Shown: piece after piece, positions 8,445 through 16,440 of the stretch | How positions within the stretch are numbered: position 1 is the stretch's first letter | Layout of the letters: each line of letters begins with the position of its first letter | Assembly: GCF_000223395.1 (NCBI RefSeq) | Contig: NC_015931.1 | Location: 1,770,001-1,802,000 of the forward strand | Direction: 5' to 3' | Length of the DNA: 32,000 bases | Source of the DNA: Pyrolobus fumarii 1A | Lineage (GTDB): Archaea > Thermoproteota > Thermoprotei_A > Sulfolobales > Pyrodictiaceae | Made by a program: the position numbers and the translations under genes | The notes under the pieces: generated by a model | What the model saw: only the letters and a program-made list of their open reading frames with translations | The model's database searches: none | Told to the model about the DNA's origin: nothing

Positions 8445-8806
8445 ACGGTGGCAGGGGCGTGGCCGGGGAGGAACGAGACAAGACACGGGTCTACCTCGAG
8501 CGCGTCAAGACCCTAGAGGAGAGGGCTAGGGTAGCCCTCGGCGCGGCGGCTGGGTTAGCTGGCGTGTTCTTCACCGCAGCGTCGCTTATCAGGAATCTCA
8601 GGCTTGTTATGGTTGCTGCAGCCGTATGGTCCGCGGCCACGCTCGTAACGGCATCCGCATATAGCTTCCTGGCTGCAGAGAGACTATGGGAGAGGCTAAT
8701 GCGAGACCCTGCCAAGGCCTACCCGCTGCTAGTCGCCCTCTTCGGTGCAGGCCTAGTAGCGATAGGCCTGGCCGCCCTGATAGCCACGATCATGGGCTGG
8801 TGGTGA
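8429..8806 (+). CDS. Hypothetical membrane protein (3 predicted TM helices)
   Basis: 125-aa ORF with a charged N-terminus followed by AAAGLAGVFFTAASL, VMVAAAVWSAATLVTASAYSFLAA and LLVALFGAGLVAIGLAALIATIMGWW. The start is uncertain (TTG 8429 or GTG 8459). Confidence 0.4.
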   Translation: MWHTLHGGRGVAGEERDKTRVYLERVKTLEERARVALGAAAGLAGVFFTAASLIRNLRLVMVAAAVWSAATLVTASAYSFLAAERLWERLMRDPAKAYPLLVALFGAGLVAIGLAALIATIMGWW

Positions 8807-8994
8807 ACGCTTCCCTGAGAGACCCGCAGAGCCCAAGATGGATCCTAGGCCTCATAGCGATAGTCGCGTGCTTCGGCGTAGCGGCGGTGGCGCTAGCCCT
8901 CCTAGGCCTATGGAAACGAAGATGTGGGCCCCAGCCTCGTAGGATATACGCATTCGCATTGATGTTGGACGTTGGCAGGGCGGGACACTCTTAG
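8800..8994 (+). CDS. Possible small single-pass membrane protein, translationally coupled to the upstream ORF
   Basis: The GTG at 8800 overlaps the TGA (8804-8806) of the upstream ORF. The product has 64 aa and one TM helix (WILGLIAIVACFGVAAVALALLGLW). Confidence 0.3.
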   Translation: MVNASLRDPQSPRWILGLIAIVACFGVAAVALALLGLWKRRCGPQPRRIYAFALMLDVGRAGHS

Positions 8995-9012
8995 AGGCCG
9001 GTTGACGGACTC

Positions 9013-9237
9013 CTATCTACCATCCTCGTCTGGAGGCAACCTGCTCTCTAGGAGCGCCTTGCGTGTCTCCCTGTCAACCTCCTCGCCCGCGAGCTTCTCG
9101 AGGGTCTCGAGTGCCTCCCTGCCTCGGCCCCTCTCCTCGGCGCCCGTCGCGAGGTAGAGTAGCGCCGAGAGCCTCCTCCGGTGTAGGGTGTAGCCGCGCA
9201 CCGTCTGCTCTACGCCTCCGATGCTCAACGCGGGCAT
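9013..9237 (-). CDS. Hypothetical small helical protein, possibly the second cistron of a two-ORF unit
   Basis: 74-aa Arg/Glu/Leu-rich ORF. Its ATG overlaps by 13 nt the stop of a 40-codon ORF (9225-9347, TTG start). That ORF sits 22 nt downstream of a minus-strand TATA (cctatatc, 9369-9376). Confidence 0.35.
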   Translation of the reverse strand: MPALSIGGVEQTVRGYTLHRRRLSALLYLATGAEERGRGREALETLEKLAGEEVDRETRKALLESRLPPDEDGR

Positions 9238-9541
9238 CCGGTGTAATGGTTGACGTAGAGGAGGTTATACTCTCTGCAACGGGCGCGTACAAAGCTATCG
9301 ACAGCAGCCACTGCCTCACAACCCAGCCTCATGAGAGCATGGTACAAGATAACGTGTAGCTCTGTCTCGATATAGGTCTTGAGGATCCTGGGCCAGCACG
9401 TTTGCACAGAGCATCTGGGTTTAAGGGGGCTGGTTTGGGTGTTATCCGGTAACGGCGGCGGTGTGGCGAGGAAGACCGGGCTGAGTTGCTGGTGCCTATC
9501 GTGCTGAGGCTGAGCTACGCGGACCGCCGCCATTAGCTGTT

Positions 9542-9613
9542 GGGTGTGATGATAAGGCCCCCCTATCGTGTTGAGCCGCGTTGGCTGTGAAGAGCCCGGA
9601 GTTAGCTGACCCC
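9542..9613 (+). ncRNA. Candidate C/D box sRNA
   Basis: GUGAUGA lies at 9546-9552 (C box) and GUGAAGA at 9587-9593 (C'-like). Exactly 12 nt (gcccggagttag) follow, then CUGA at 9606-9609 (D box). The flanks GGG (9542-9544) and CCC (9611-9613) can form a terminal stem. D' is poor (UUGA 9571-9574, 18 nt after C), and the length is somewhat long. Confidence 0.3.
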
Positions 9614-10447
9614 GGTACACTCAACCACCCACTTGACGAGGAGGTGTTTGAACCTCCTGTATCCGTAGCCCGCCTTCACCATGGCTACGAGCTTCTCTCT
9701 AGTCTCTCTTGGTGCGTGGCTGCCGGCTACGTGCGTGAAGCCAAGCTTAGCGCATATCCACGGGTGTATGCCTGCAGATGGCCCTAGGAGGACGCGTATT
9801 GCTGTCCCGGCTTCTCTAGCCGTGTTTGCTAGCTTCGCGGCTACGCCGGGATGTGCAAGCGCTGACCCTGATACTATCAGTGCGTCGAAGGCGCCCTCTT
9901 CTATGAGTGGTAGCGCGTATGTGTCGGGGAGGACTGGCGTCTCGCTGTTCTTGCAGCCCCACTTGCGGCTTGAGGGGTTACGATCGAAGGCTGTGACCTT
10001 GGCGCCGTGCTCTACCAGGCGACGGGCAAGCGGCTCTATGAAGCCTATGAGAGCCACGCTCATACCACTATGTATCCCGATTGCCTCTACCTCGTCACTC
10101 ACCGGGTTAACCGGCGAGACACTAGCATCTATCCATGCAGTTGTCGCGGCTGCGACCATCCCCCAGGCCGCTGCCCTAGAGCCTAGCGTCGCCAGGGGGT
10201 CTGCGAGCACCCTCCAAGCGTAGCTCAACGCCCTCCCTTCTAGGTCGGCGGCTGGCCCCGGGTTCTCCCACGTATGCGTATAGTAGAGGCCTACGAACCC
10301 TCCCTCGGAGACAACCACACCATAGTGAAGACCATGGACAATCTCTTTGACTCTCAAGCTGCTCCAAGGGCGGAGGACTGTGTTGAAAGCCTCACGCACT
10401 ATCTTCGCTTCCGGTGCGCTTTTCTCGAGAGACGATAACCTCTGCAC
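9602..10447 (-). CDS. DUF364/DUF4213-type Rossmann-like protein (putative heavy-metal chelation domain family)
   Basis: The pattern HGLHYGVVVSEGGFVGLYYT...VALIGFIEPLARRL...AFDRNP...DALIVSGSALAHPG...VLLGPSAGIHPWICAKLGFTHVAGS matches the family layout. An alternative GTG start at 10399 would cut the overlap with mscS from 56 nt to 8 nt. Confidence 0.6.
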   Translation of the reverse strand: MQRLSSLEKSAPEAKIVREAFNTVLRPWSSLRVKEIVHGLHYGVVVSEGGFVGLYYTHTWENPGPAADLEGRALSYAWRVLADPLATLGSRAAAWGMVAAATTAWIDASVSPVNPVSDEVEAIGIHSGMSVALIGFIEPLARRLVEHGAKVTAFDRNPSSRKWGCKNSETPVLPDTYALPLIEEGAFDALIVSGSALAHPGVAAKLANTAREAGTAIRVLLGPSAGIHPWICAKLGFTHVAGSHAPRETREKLVAMVKAGYGYRRFKHLLVKWVVECTGVS

Positions 10448-11264
10448 GCTCTACGCCCCGCAGCCATACTACACGCTGCGGGAACGGGATCTCTATACCC
10501 TCACGGTCGAGAGCCTCCTTGATCAGCTTCAGTAGCTCGGCTTTAGCCTGGAACCAGTGGCTGGATGGCGCCCAGAACCTAACGTTGAGTATCACAGCGC
10601 TATCCCCGAGGTCCTCTACGAACACCATGGGCTCCGGCTCGGCGAGCACAAGCGGATGCTCCTCGAGCACCCTGCGTATCACCTCGATAGCCTTGTTTAT
10701 GTCCGCACTGTAGGATATGCCCACACGGTACTCTACACGCCTAACGACATTACCAACATAGTTCCTTATCGTCGCCTCGAATACCTTGCTGTTCGGGAGC
10801 CTCGTGTGTATCCCATCCCATGTGCGTATCCTTGTCGAGAATATCGTGATGTCCGTTATCACTCCTCCTATACCGTCTATCTCGACCGCATCGCCCGGTT
10901 TGAACGGCTTGTCTATGTAGAGGAAGATGCCGGAGAGGAAGTTGGACACAACGGTTTGCGAGGCGAAGCCTAGCGCGACGCCCACAATGCTACCAGCGAC
11001 GAGGAAGCCCGTGGCCTCCACACCTGCCACAGATAGGGCCGACACGGCGGCGAGCGCAACTATACCGTAGTATATGAGCTTCTCAACTATGTTAGCCACG
11101 TCCCTGGGCATAGCGCGTAGGAAGCTCCTCTCGGCAGCCTTCCTCGCGATAACAGCTATGACAAGACCGATGATGAAGACTAGTGCCGCTGCTACATACC
11201 TCGCCACTACCGGCAACAGGCTCGCAACTTGCTCTTCAACGCTGTATACGAGCGCGCCTAGCAA
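10392..11264 (-). CDS. Small-conductance mechanosensitive channel (MscS family)
   Basis: Three N-terminal TM helices are followed by DKPFKPGDAVEIDGIGGVITDITIFSTRIRTWDGIHTRLPNSKV, the classic MscS beta-domain motif. It starts 3 nt after the upstream M16 peptidase stop. Confidence 0.85.
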   Translation of the reverse strand: MLGALVYSVEEQVASLLPVVARYVAAALVFIIGLVIAVIARKAAERSFLRAMPRDVANIVEKLIYYGIVALAAVSALSVAGVEATGFLVAGSIVGVALGFASQTVVSNFLSGIFLYIDKPFKPGDAVEIDGIGGVITDITIFSTRIRTWDGIHTRLPNSKVFEATIRNYVGNVVRRVEYRVGISYSADINKAIEVIRRVLEEHPLVLAEPEPMVFVEDLGDSAVILNVRFWAPSSHWFQAKAELLKLIKEALDREGIEIPFPQRVVWLRGVERAEVIVSREKRTGSEDSA

Positions 11265-11267
11265 CAG

Positions 11268-12506
11268 CTAGGCCCCCGGCCTTATCACTACAGAGGCTCT
11301 CGCCAACACCCGGGGTTTTAAGCGACGCCAGTCGAGAGCCAGGAGCCTCTCCCTCCTCTCCTCGAAGCTGAGAGGAGAACCCCTCATAGCCAGGTATACG
11401 CTCGTCAAGGCCCTCGTGTACATCGATATCTTGGATGGTCTTGTTATGAAGCGGAAGTACCTCTTCCTACCCTCGACATACTCCTCGTCCCCGTTATCCA
11501 ACGCCTCTATACACCCCCATAGCTCGGAGAGGGCCTCGTCGACGCGGCTCGGCTCCACCCCCTCGAGTATAACGGCAAGGCTCTTCGTCCAAGGGGTCGC
11601 ATCGTAGACCACGCCATAGCTGTAGACTAGCCCCTTCTCGCTACGAAGCTTCTCGAAGAGTATGCTAGTCGCACCCTCACCCAGCATGAACTTAGCTGCC
11701 GAGAGTACCTCGTCACTACCCTCTACCTCTAGACCGAGCGCGACATACGCGTGTTTCGCCTCGCTAGACTCCTCGGTTATATCCCGAGGCTCGCCGCGAG
11801 ATGGGCTCCTAATGCTGCACGGTTCTTCCTCGAACATCTCGAGGAGCGCCTTGACGGCCTCCACGTGCTCGCGGCTGAAGCCCCCGGATAGAACGGCGAC
11901 GAGCAGCCTACCCGTGAAGAAACACTCCTTGAACCACACGATATCACTTGGCTCGAGGGGCTCTACTGTCTCCCGGTAGCCGTGTATAGGGTCGCCCAGG
12001 TCGCTCCTACCATAGAGGGCTGTGAACACGAGGTCATAGATGCGTTCACGTGGGTTACTCTCGGCCTCGGCTATCTCCTGGAGCACCACACTCTTCTCCA
12101 TCTCGAACTCCTTGGGGTCCACACGCTTACCGATCAACATCCACTTGACGATATCCAGTACCCTCGTGAAGCTCTCACGGAGCGATTCGAACACGAGTAC
12201 TACGGCATCGCGGCTAGTGTAGGCGTTCGACTCTCCACCACTAAGCTCGAAGCCACGGTCAATATCTCGATACGTGTACCTCTCGTTGCTACGGAACAAC
12301 ATGTGTTCAGTGAGGTGCGCTAATCCCCTCTTGTCAGGCGGCTCCGTCGCCGACCCTACCCGGAACCCAACAGCCAACGCGATAGTCTCCTCGCCGGGAA
12401 CCCTGTCAAGGTAGAGCACACCACCATTCCTGAGGTCAAGCCTCTCGAGCGGCAAAGCGAGTTCCCAGGGTCCCCCAGCAGCCAGCCCGGAGAAACAATG
12501 ATGCAC
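11268..12506 (-). CDS. M16 (pitrilysin/insulinase) family zinc peptidase
   Basis: The inverted zinc motif HxxEH is present in GLAHLTEHMLF, with two-domain M16 length (412 aa). The start is GTG. Confidence 0.85.
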   Translation of the reverse strand: MHHCFSGLAAGGPWELALPLERLDLRNGGVLYLDRVPGEETIALAVGFRVGSATEPPDKRGLAHLTEHMLFRSNERYTYRDIDRGFELSGGESNAYTSRDAVVLVFESLRESFTRVLDIVKWMLIGKRVDPKEFEMEKSVVLQEIAEAESNPRERIYDLVFTALYGRSDLGDPIHGYRETVEPLEPSDIVWFKECFFTGRLLVAVLSGGFSREHVEAVKALLEMFEEEPCSIRSPSRGEPRDITEESSEAKHAYVALGLEVEGSDEVLSAAKFMLGEGATSILFEKLRSEKGLVYSYGVVYDATPWTKSLAVILEGVEPSRVDEALSELWGCIEALDNGDEEYVEGRKRYFRFITRPSKISMYTRALTSVYLAMRGSPLSFEERRERLLALDWRRLKPRVLARASVVIRPGA

Positions 12507-12639
12507 GCCCCACTAGAGCCAGATAACGCTCAACAACGCTCCACGCGCATAACCGTGGCGTGGGTTAGCCCCCGAGCAGAGTTGAGAGATGGGAGCACTG
12601 GCTGGATCTCTTCGGGGGCACGGCTGGCGACCAAGCTTT

Positions 12640-12659
12640 CTTGATATACCTTGATATAC
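12640..12659 (+). promoter_or_regulatory. Tandemly duplicated TATA-containing decamer (CTTGATATAC x2)
   Basis: A perfect 10-bp direct repeat at 12640-12649 and 12650-12659. The second copy lies about 30-35 nt upstream of the TTG start at 12690. Confidence 0.45.
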
Positions 12660-12689
12660 TGGGTTGAGTGCATGATACTGGGGGCCTAG

Positions 12690-13421
12690 TTGAGCTTCGA
12701 TTGTAAACTGGAGACGTTGCAGGGCCGCATCTTCTACTGTGACGATTGGTCGTGGAGAGCCCCGGTGTTTCGTGACCGCTGGCACGCTGGCGAGGTGCTA
12801 GCCGGGCTCGTGTCGATGCTCGTGGAGAGGGGCGTCTGGGAGAAGCCCTCGTGGGTTTACGCTATACCCGCGGGCGGCGTGCCTGTAGGCCTCCAGGTTG
12901 CCAAGGTGCTGGGCGCCCGTTTCGACCTCATAGTTGTCAAGAAGGTCACGTACCCGTGGACTACCGAGGCTGGCTTCGGCGCGGTGGCGCCCGATGGTAG
13001 GCCGATTGTGGACGCGTCAGCCGCCTCTGAGCTGGGCGACGAGGTTGTCGCGAGACAGGCTGAAGCCGCTTGGGAGAAGGTGCGCGAGAGGCTAGAGAAG
13101 CTCCGCGGCACAACGAGATACCCAAGGCTCGAGGGTGAGACCGTACTAGTCGTTGATGACGGCATAGCTGCAGGCTGGACGATGATAGCCGCCGTGAGAT
13201 TCCTCCGCAACCTCGCCGCCACCAGGATCTACGTGGCGGCGCCCACGGGGAGCCTAGACGGCACTAGTAGAGTCGCGGAGCATGCCGATAGCGTGGCTGT
13301 TGTTAATCTACGTGGAGGCCTCTACTTTGCTGTTGCAGATGCCTACCTGGAGTGGAGGGACCTCGAGGACGAGGAGGTCGTGGAGATCCTCCGTAGAGAG
13401 GGTTGGAGCCCACCCCTCTAG
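12690..13421 (+). CDS. Predicted phosphoribosyltransferase (type I PRT fold)
   Basis: FRDRWHAGEVLA is followed by the PRPP-binding loop VLVVDDGIAAGWTMIAA. Length is 243 aa. Confidence 0.8.
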   Translation: MSFDCKLETLQGRIFYCDDWSWRAPVFRDRWHAGEVLAGLVSMLVERGVWEKPSWVYAIPAGGVPVGLQVAKVLGARFDLIVVKKVTYPWTTEAGFGAVAPDGRPIVDASAASELGDEVVARQAEAAWEKVRERLEKLRGTTRYPRLEGETVLVVDDGIAAGWTMIAAVRFLRNLAATRIYVAAPTGSLDGTSRVAEHADSVAVVNLRGGLYFAVADAYLEWRDLEDEEVVEILRREGWSPPL

Positions 13422-13772
13422 CCCCAAGCGCTGCTCGGGTCGAGAGGAGGCCTATCCGAACCCCCGGGCACACCCGGCCTCATCCCGTCAAACCCGGCGC
13501 GCGCCGGTGTAAGCCGGGCGACGGGCCCAGGCCCCAGCCGGTTTGTCGAGAAACTCTGGCTTATCACCGGCACGCTGCAAGGCTCGTCATACCCTCGCCC
13601 TCCTAGCCGGGCGTAGCGTAGCGGCGAATCCTGCTAGTGACGATGTGGCCACGCGCTTTGTGTCTCGGCTGTTTGGTTGTCTGGGAGGGTGTGAACGGGG
13701 GAATACTCGCGTGTTAGGGGGGCGTTGGGGGCGTGAGCGGAAGCCATGGAGATATGACTTGGATGTTGTATC

Positions 13773-15077
13773 TTGGTGCGGTTTGAGCTTGACCCGCCGC
13801 CGCCCGGTATACTAGAGCGTAGCAATGATGAGATACTCGAGTTGTTCCTTGAGGCTCTTCGGGCGGCTGGCGCGAGTGAGAAGACTGTGAAGGCCTATAG
13901 GTCTGCTATCACCGACTTCCTCGAGTTTATCGGTGATAAGCCGCTTCGTGAGGTGACACAGGAGGATGTGCTGAGGTGGAGGGCTGAGAGGCTACGCAAT
14001 GGGTTCCCGAGGAAGAGGAGGAACCGCTCGAAGCGTCTCGACCCGTTTGAGGAGAGGAGGTTGAGGCAAGCCACTCTCCACTACTACACCCTCTTCCTCA
14101 GGGGCTTCTTCGAGTGGCTAGGGCTCCCGGTGAAGGTGCCGGTGGTCGCCAAGCCTCGTGGGCGCGAGGTAGAGGCTCTCACCGAGGAGGAGATACTCCG
14201 GCTATTGTCGGCGGCGAGGGATACCCTGGATATCCTCATACTCGCCTTGCTGCTGGAAACTGGTCTACGTGCACAAGAGGCTATCTCGCTCCGGTTGCGC
14301 GATATCGATCCCGTCCGTCGCGAGATCCGCGTGAGGAACGCGAAGTACGGCGAGGAGCGCACGGTCTTCTATGGCGACTTGACTGCAGCGGCGCTAGCCA
14401 AGTGGCTGGAGGAGAACCCTCACCTGGGCCCCGACGACCCTCTGCTCGGCATAAGCTACTCCGGGCTGTATAAGAGGCTCAAGAGTCTCGCTAGGAGGGC
14501 TGGCATAGACCCAGAGAAGGTTAGGCCACACGTCCTGCGCCACACGTTCGCTACAGAGGCGTTGAAGAGGGGCATGAGCCTACCGGCAGTGCAGAGGCTG
14601 CTAGGCCACAAGGACATCAAGACCACGCAGATCTACTTGCACTTACTCCGCGAGGACATCAGAGACCAGTACATGAGGGCGTTTACAAACCAGTGGGTAC
14701 AGCAGCCGCCCGCAACGCCACCGGCGCCAGCCGTACAAGCCGCGTGGCCTCCATGGCAGCAACCAGTGCAACAACCGTATCCCCAGCAGATACAGCCGGT
14801 GCCACAAGCACAACAACTCGGACCATATCCGCCGCCACAATACTATCAACAACCGCAATGGCAACAGTGGAGCCAGCAACCACCTAGCCCGCAGCAGCAT
14901 CACCAGTGGCCGGCCTACCCTCAACCACAGACACAGCAACAGCAGCAGCTACAACAGCCCGCACCAGTACCCCAGATGCAGCCATTCATACAGCAACAGG
15001 CGCCGGTACAGCTGGGCATGCCCTGGCCGCATCCTAGGCGAGAGGCCTCCACCCAAACGGGCGAGGCCCAGACATGA
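13773..15077 (+). CDS. xerA: Tyrosine recombinase, XerA/XerCD-like, with a long Gln/Pro-rich C-terminal extension
   Basis: The N-terminal SAM-like core-binding domain carries KTVKAYRSAITDFLEF. The catalytic domain carries LLLETGLRAQEAISL (Arg), HVLRHTFAT (HxxR) and LLGHKDIKTTQIYLHL (His/Tyr). Residues ~306-434 are Q/P/W/Y low complexity. Confidence 0.85.
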   Translation: MVRFELDPPPPGILERSNDEILELFLEALRAAGASEKTVKAYRSAITDFLEFIGDKPLREVTQEDVLRWRAERLRNGFPRKRRNRSKRLDPFEERRLRQATLHYYTLFLRGFFEWLGLPVKVPVVAKPRGREVEALTEEEILRLLSAARDTLDILILALLLETGLRAQEAISLRLRDIDPVRREIRVRNAKYGEERTVFYGDLTAAALAKWLEENPHLGPDDPLLGISYSGLYKRLKSLARRAGIDPEKVRPHVLRHTFATEALKRGMSLPAVQRLLGHKDIKTTQIYLHLLREDIRDQYMRAFTNQWVQQPPATPPAPAVQAAWPPWQQPVQQPYPQQIQPVPQAQQLGPYPPPQYYQQPQWQQWSQQPPSPQQHHQWPAYPQPQTQQQQQLQQPAPVPQMQPFIQQQAPVQLGMPWPHPRREASTQTGEAQT

Positions 15078-15210
15078 GAGGCCTAGCCGACCACCCTGGG
15101 CCCCATGGGGTTATCCACTGGCTGTGCTCCCAGCCGCCCGCCTTGGAAGACCAGAGGCCCTGCCAATCCTCTACCATGGTTCTATCCCGGTAGCGGTGTA
15201 ACAGCATAGG

Positions 15211-15879
15211 GTGTCGTTTGTGAGAATCGCGTGTGTAACTGGCCTACGCTACCCTGAGGTTGTCGACGATAGGGGGCTCGATATACTCACCACCATGCTA
15301 CGTGATCGTGGTGTGGGGCTTATCCTGCTTCTTGGCGATGTGATAGCCCGGCCGGAGCTGGGGCTCCTAGAGTATGTCGTGAGCGAGATTGTTGAGCGTG
15401 TCGAGGCTGGTGTCGCCGTTGTTCCTGGTTCCTGTGAGGCCAGTGTACCGGGCGGCGAGCTGCGCTCAAGCTGGGATGTGCTTCGTGAGGTTAGCCTTGT
15501 CGTTCGGAGGGCGGGTGGCCATCCTCTTCACGAGGAGCCCATGGTGACGGATGGTGTTGGTGTGCTGGGCGTCCCGGTGCTGCTAGGGGGCGGGTGCAAC
15601 GGGGGCGTCGAGTCGTGGGGTTTGCCTAGAGATCTTCTCGAAGAGATATGGGCTGGGAGGCTACTAAGACACTACAAGCTGCTCCTTGAGGAGTATGCGC
15701 CTCGTAGACTAGTTGTTGCGGTCTATGAGTCTCGCAGGAGTCTCGAGTCTCTCGTGAGGCTTGCTGCAGTGTCGCTAGCCGCTCTTGACAGTAGGGTTGC
15801 AGCTATAGTGTCGAATGTTGGCGGAGAGGGTGTCATGGAGTGTGGGGAGGCTCTCCACCCCCTCATACTAGACGCGTAG
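15211..15879 (+). CDS. Hypothetical protein with a degenerate metallophosphoesterase-like pattern
   Basis: VRIACVTGLRYPE...GLILLLGDV...VAVVPGSCE mimics the DxH...GD...GNH(D/E) order of calcineurin-like phosphoesterases, but most metal ligands are replaced. This is a weak call. Confidence 0.35.
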   Translation: MSFVRIACVTGLRYPEVVDDRGLDILTTMLRDRGVGLILLLGDVIARPELGLLEYVVSEIVERVEAGVAVVPGSCEASVPGGELRSSWDVLREVSLVVRRAGGHPLHEEPMVTDGVGVLGVPVLLGGGCNGGVESWGLPRDLLEEIWAGRLLRHYKLLLEEYAPRRLVVAVYESRRSLESLVRLAAVSLAALDSRVAAIVSNVGGEGVMECGEALHPLILDA

Positions 15880-15908
15880 AGCTAGGCGTGTGCAACGCCG
15901 CTATCGAC

Positions 15909-16355
15909 CTATGACCTTCTTCTCGCTGCACGAGGTGCAACACCGTGATGCTCCTCCGCGAGCCTTTCTAGCCTCTTGTGGTAGGGTGACTGGAGTCCCA
16001 GGAAGATGCCGCCTCTCTTGCCGCCTAGGAAGCCAATGCAAGACTCTCCCACTGAGAGCACGTGTAACGTCGGGTCACTCGATTCTATGACTAGGCGCCA
16101 TTCGCCACCCTCGGGGACTACTATGATGCCGCGAGGAGCCCCTACGACCCTCACGTAGATGCCTCGCCCTGCACCCCCCACGAGGTCCTCTAGGCGAGGC
16201 GCTTCTACGTCTAGGTGCGTGACCCTGGCACGGCTCCAGCCCCGCACGTGTATATACACCGCCGCGTCTAGCTCCCTGCACGAACCGTTATCGCAGAGCT
16301 GTAAACGCGCCTCTACGCGTATCTTGCCGGGGCCCGGCCCCGTCAACAATAACAA
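15909..16355 (-). CDS. Hypothetical beta-rich protein
   Basis: 148-aa ORF, divergent from csx1 and convergent with the upstream ORF. I recognise no motif. Confidence 0.4.
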   Translation of the reverse strand: MLLLTGPGPGKIRVEARLQLCDNGSCRELDAAVYIHVRGWSRARVTHLDVEAPRLEDLVGGAGRGIYVRVVGAPRGIIVVPEGGEWRLVIESSDPTLHVLSVGESCIGFLGGKRGGIFLGLQSPYHKRLERLAEEHHGVAPRAARRRS

Positions 16356-16440
16356 CCTCTCTGTCTATCGCGCCACGCTCTAGCCGTGATGCACACGCAG
16401 TATATCGGTGTTGTGGGTGTCGAAACGACCCCGCCTCCGG

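Noticed and set aside
9681-10223. A 180-aa plus-strand ORF.
   Set aside because: It is antisense to the DUF364-type gene, and its Ser/Ala/Arg-rich composition shows no motifs.
13422-13772. SRP (7S) RNA or RNase P RNA in the GC-rich gap.
   Set aside because: I could not find the conserved helix-8 motif (GGAAGGGAGCA-like) of SRP RNA on either strand. The RNase P CR-I element (GAGGAAAGUCC) was also absent. I kept the gap only as an unassigned structured region.
14643-14939. Several ORFs (98, 66 and 64 aa) on both strands over the recombinase tail.
   Set aside because: These are low-complexity artefacts of the CAG/CAA/CCN repeat composition. They translate to Leu/Arg/Trp or Ala/Thr runs.
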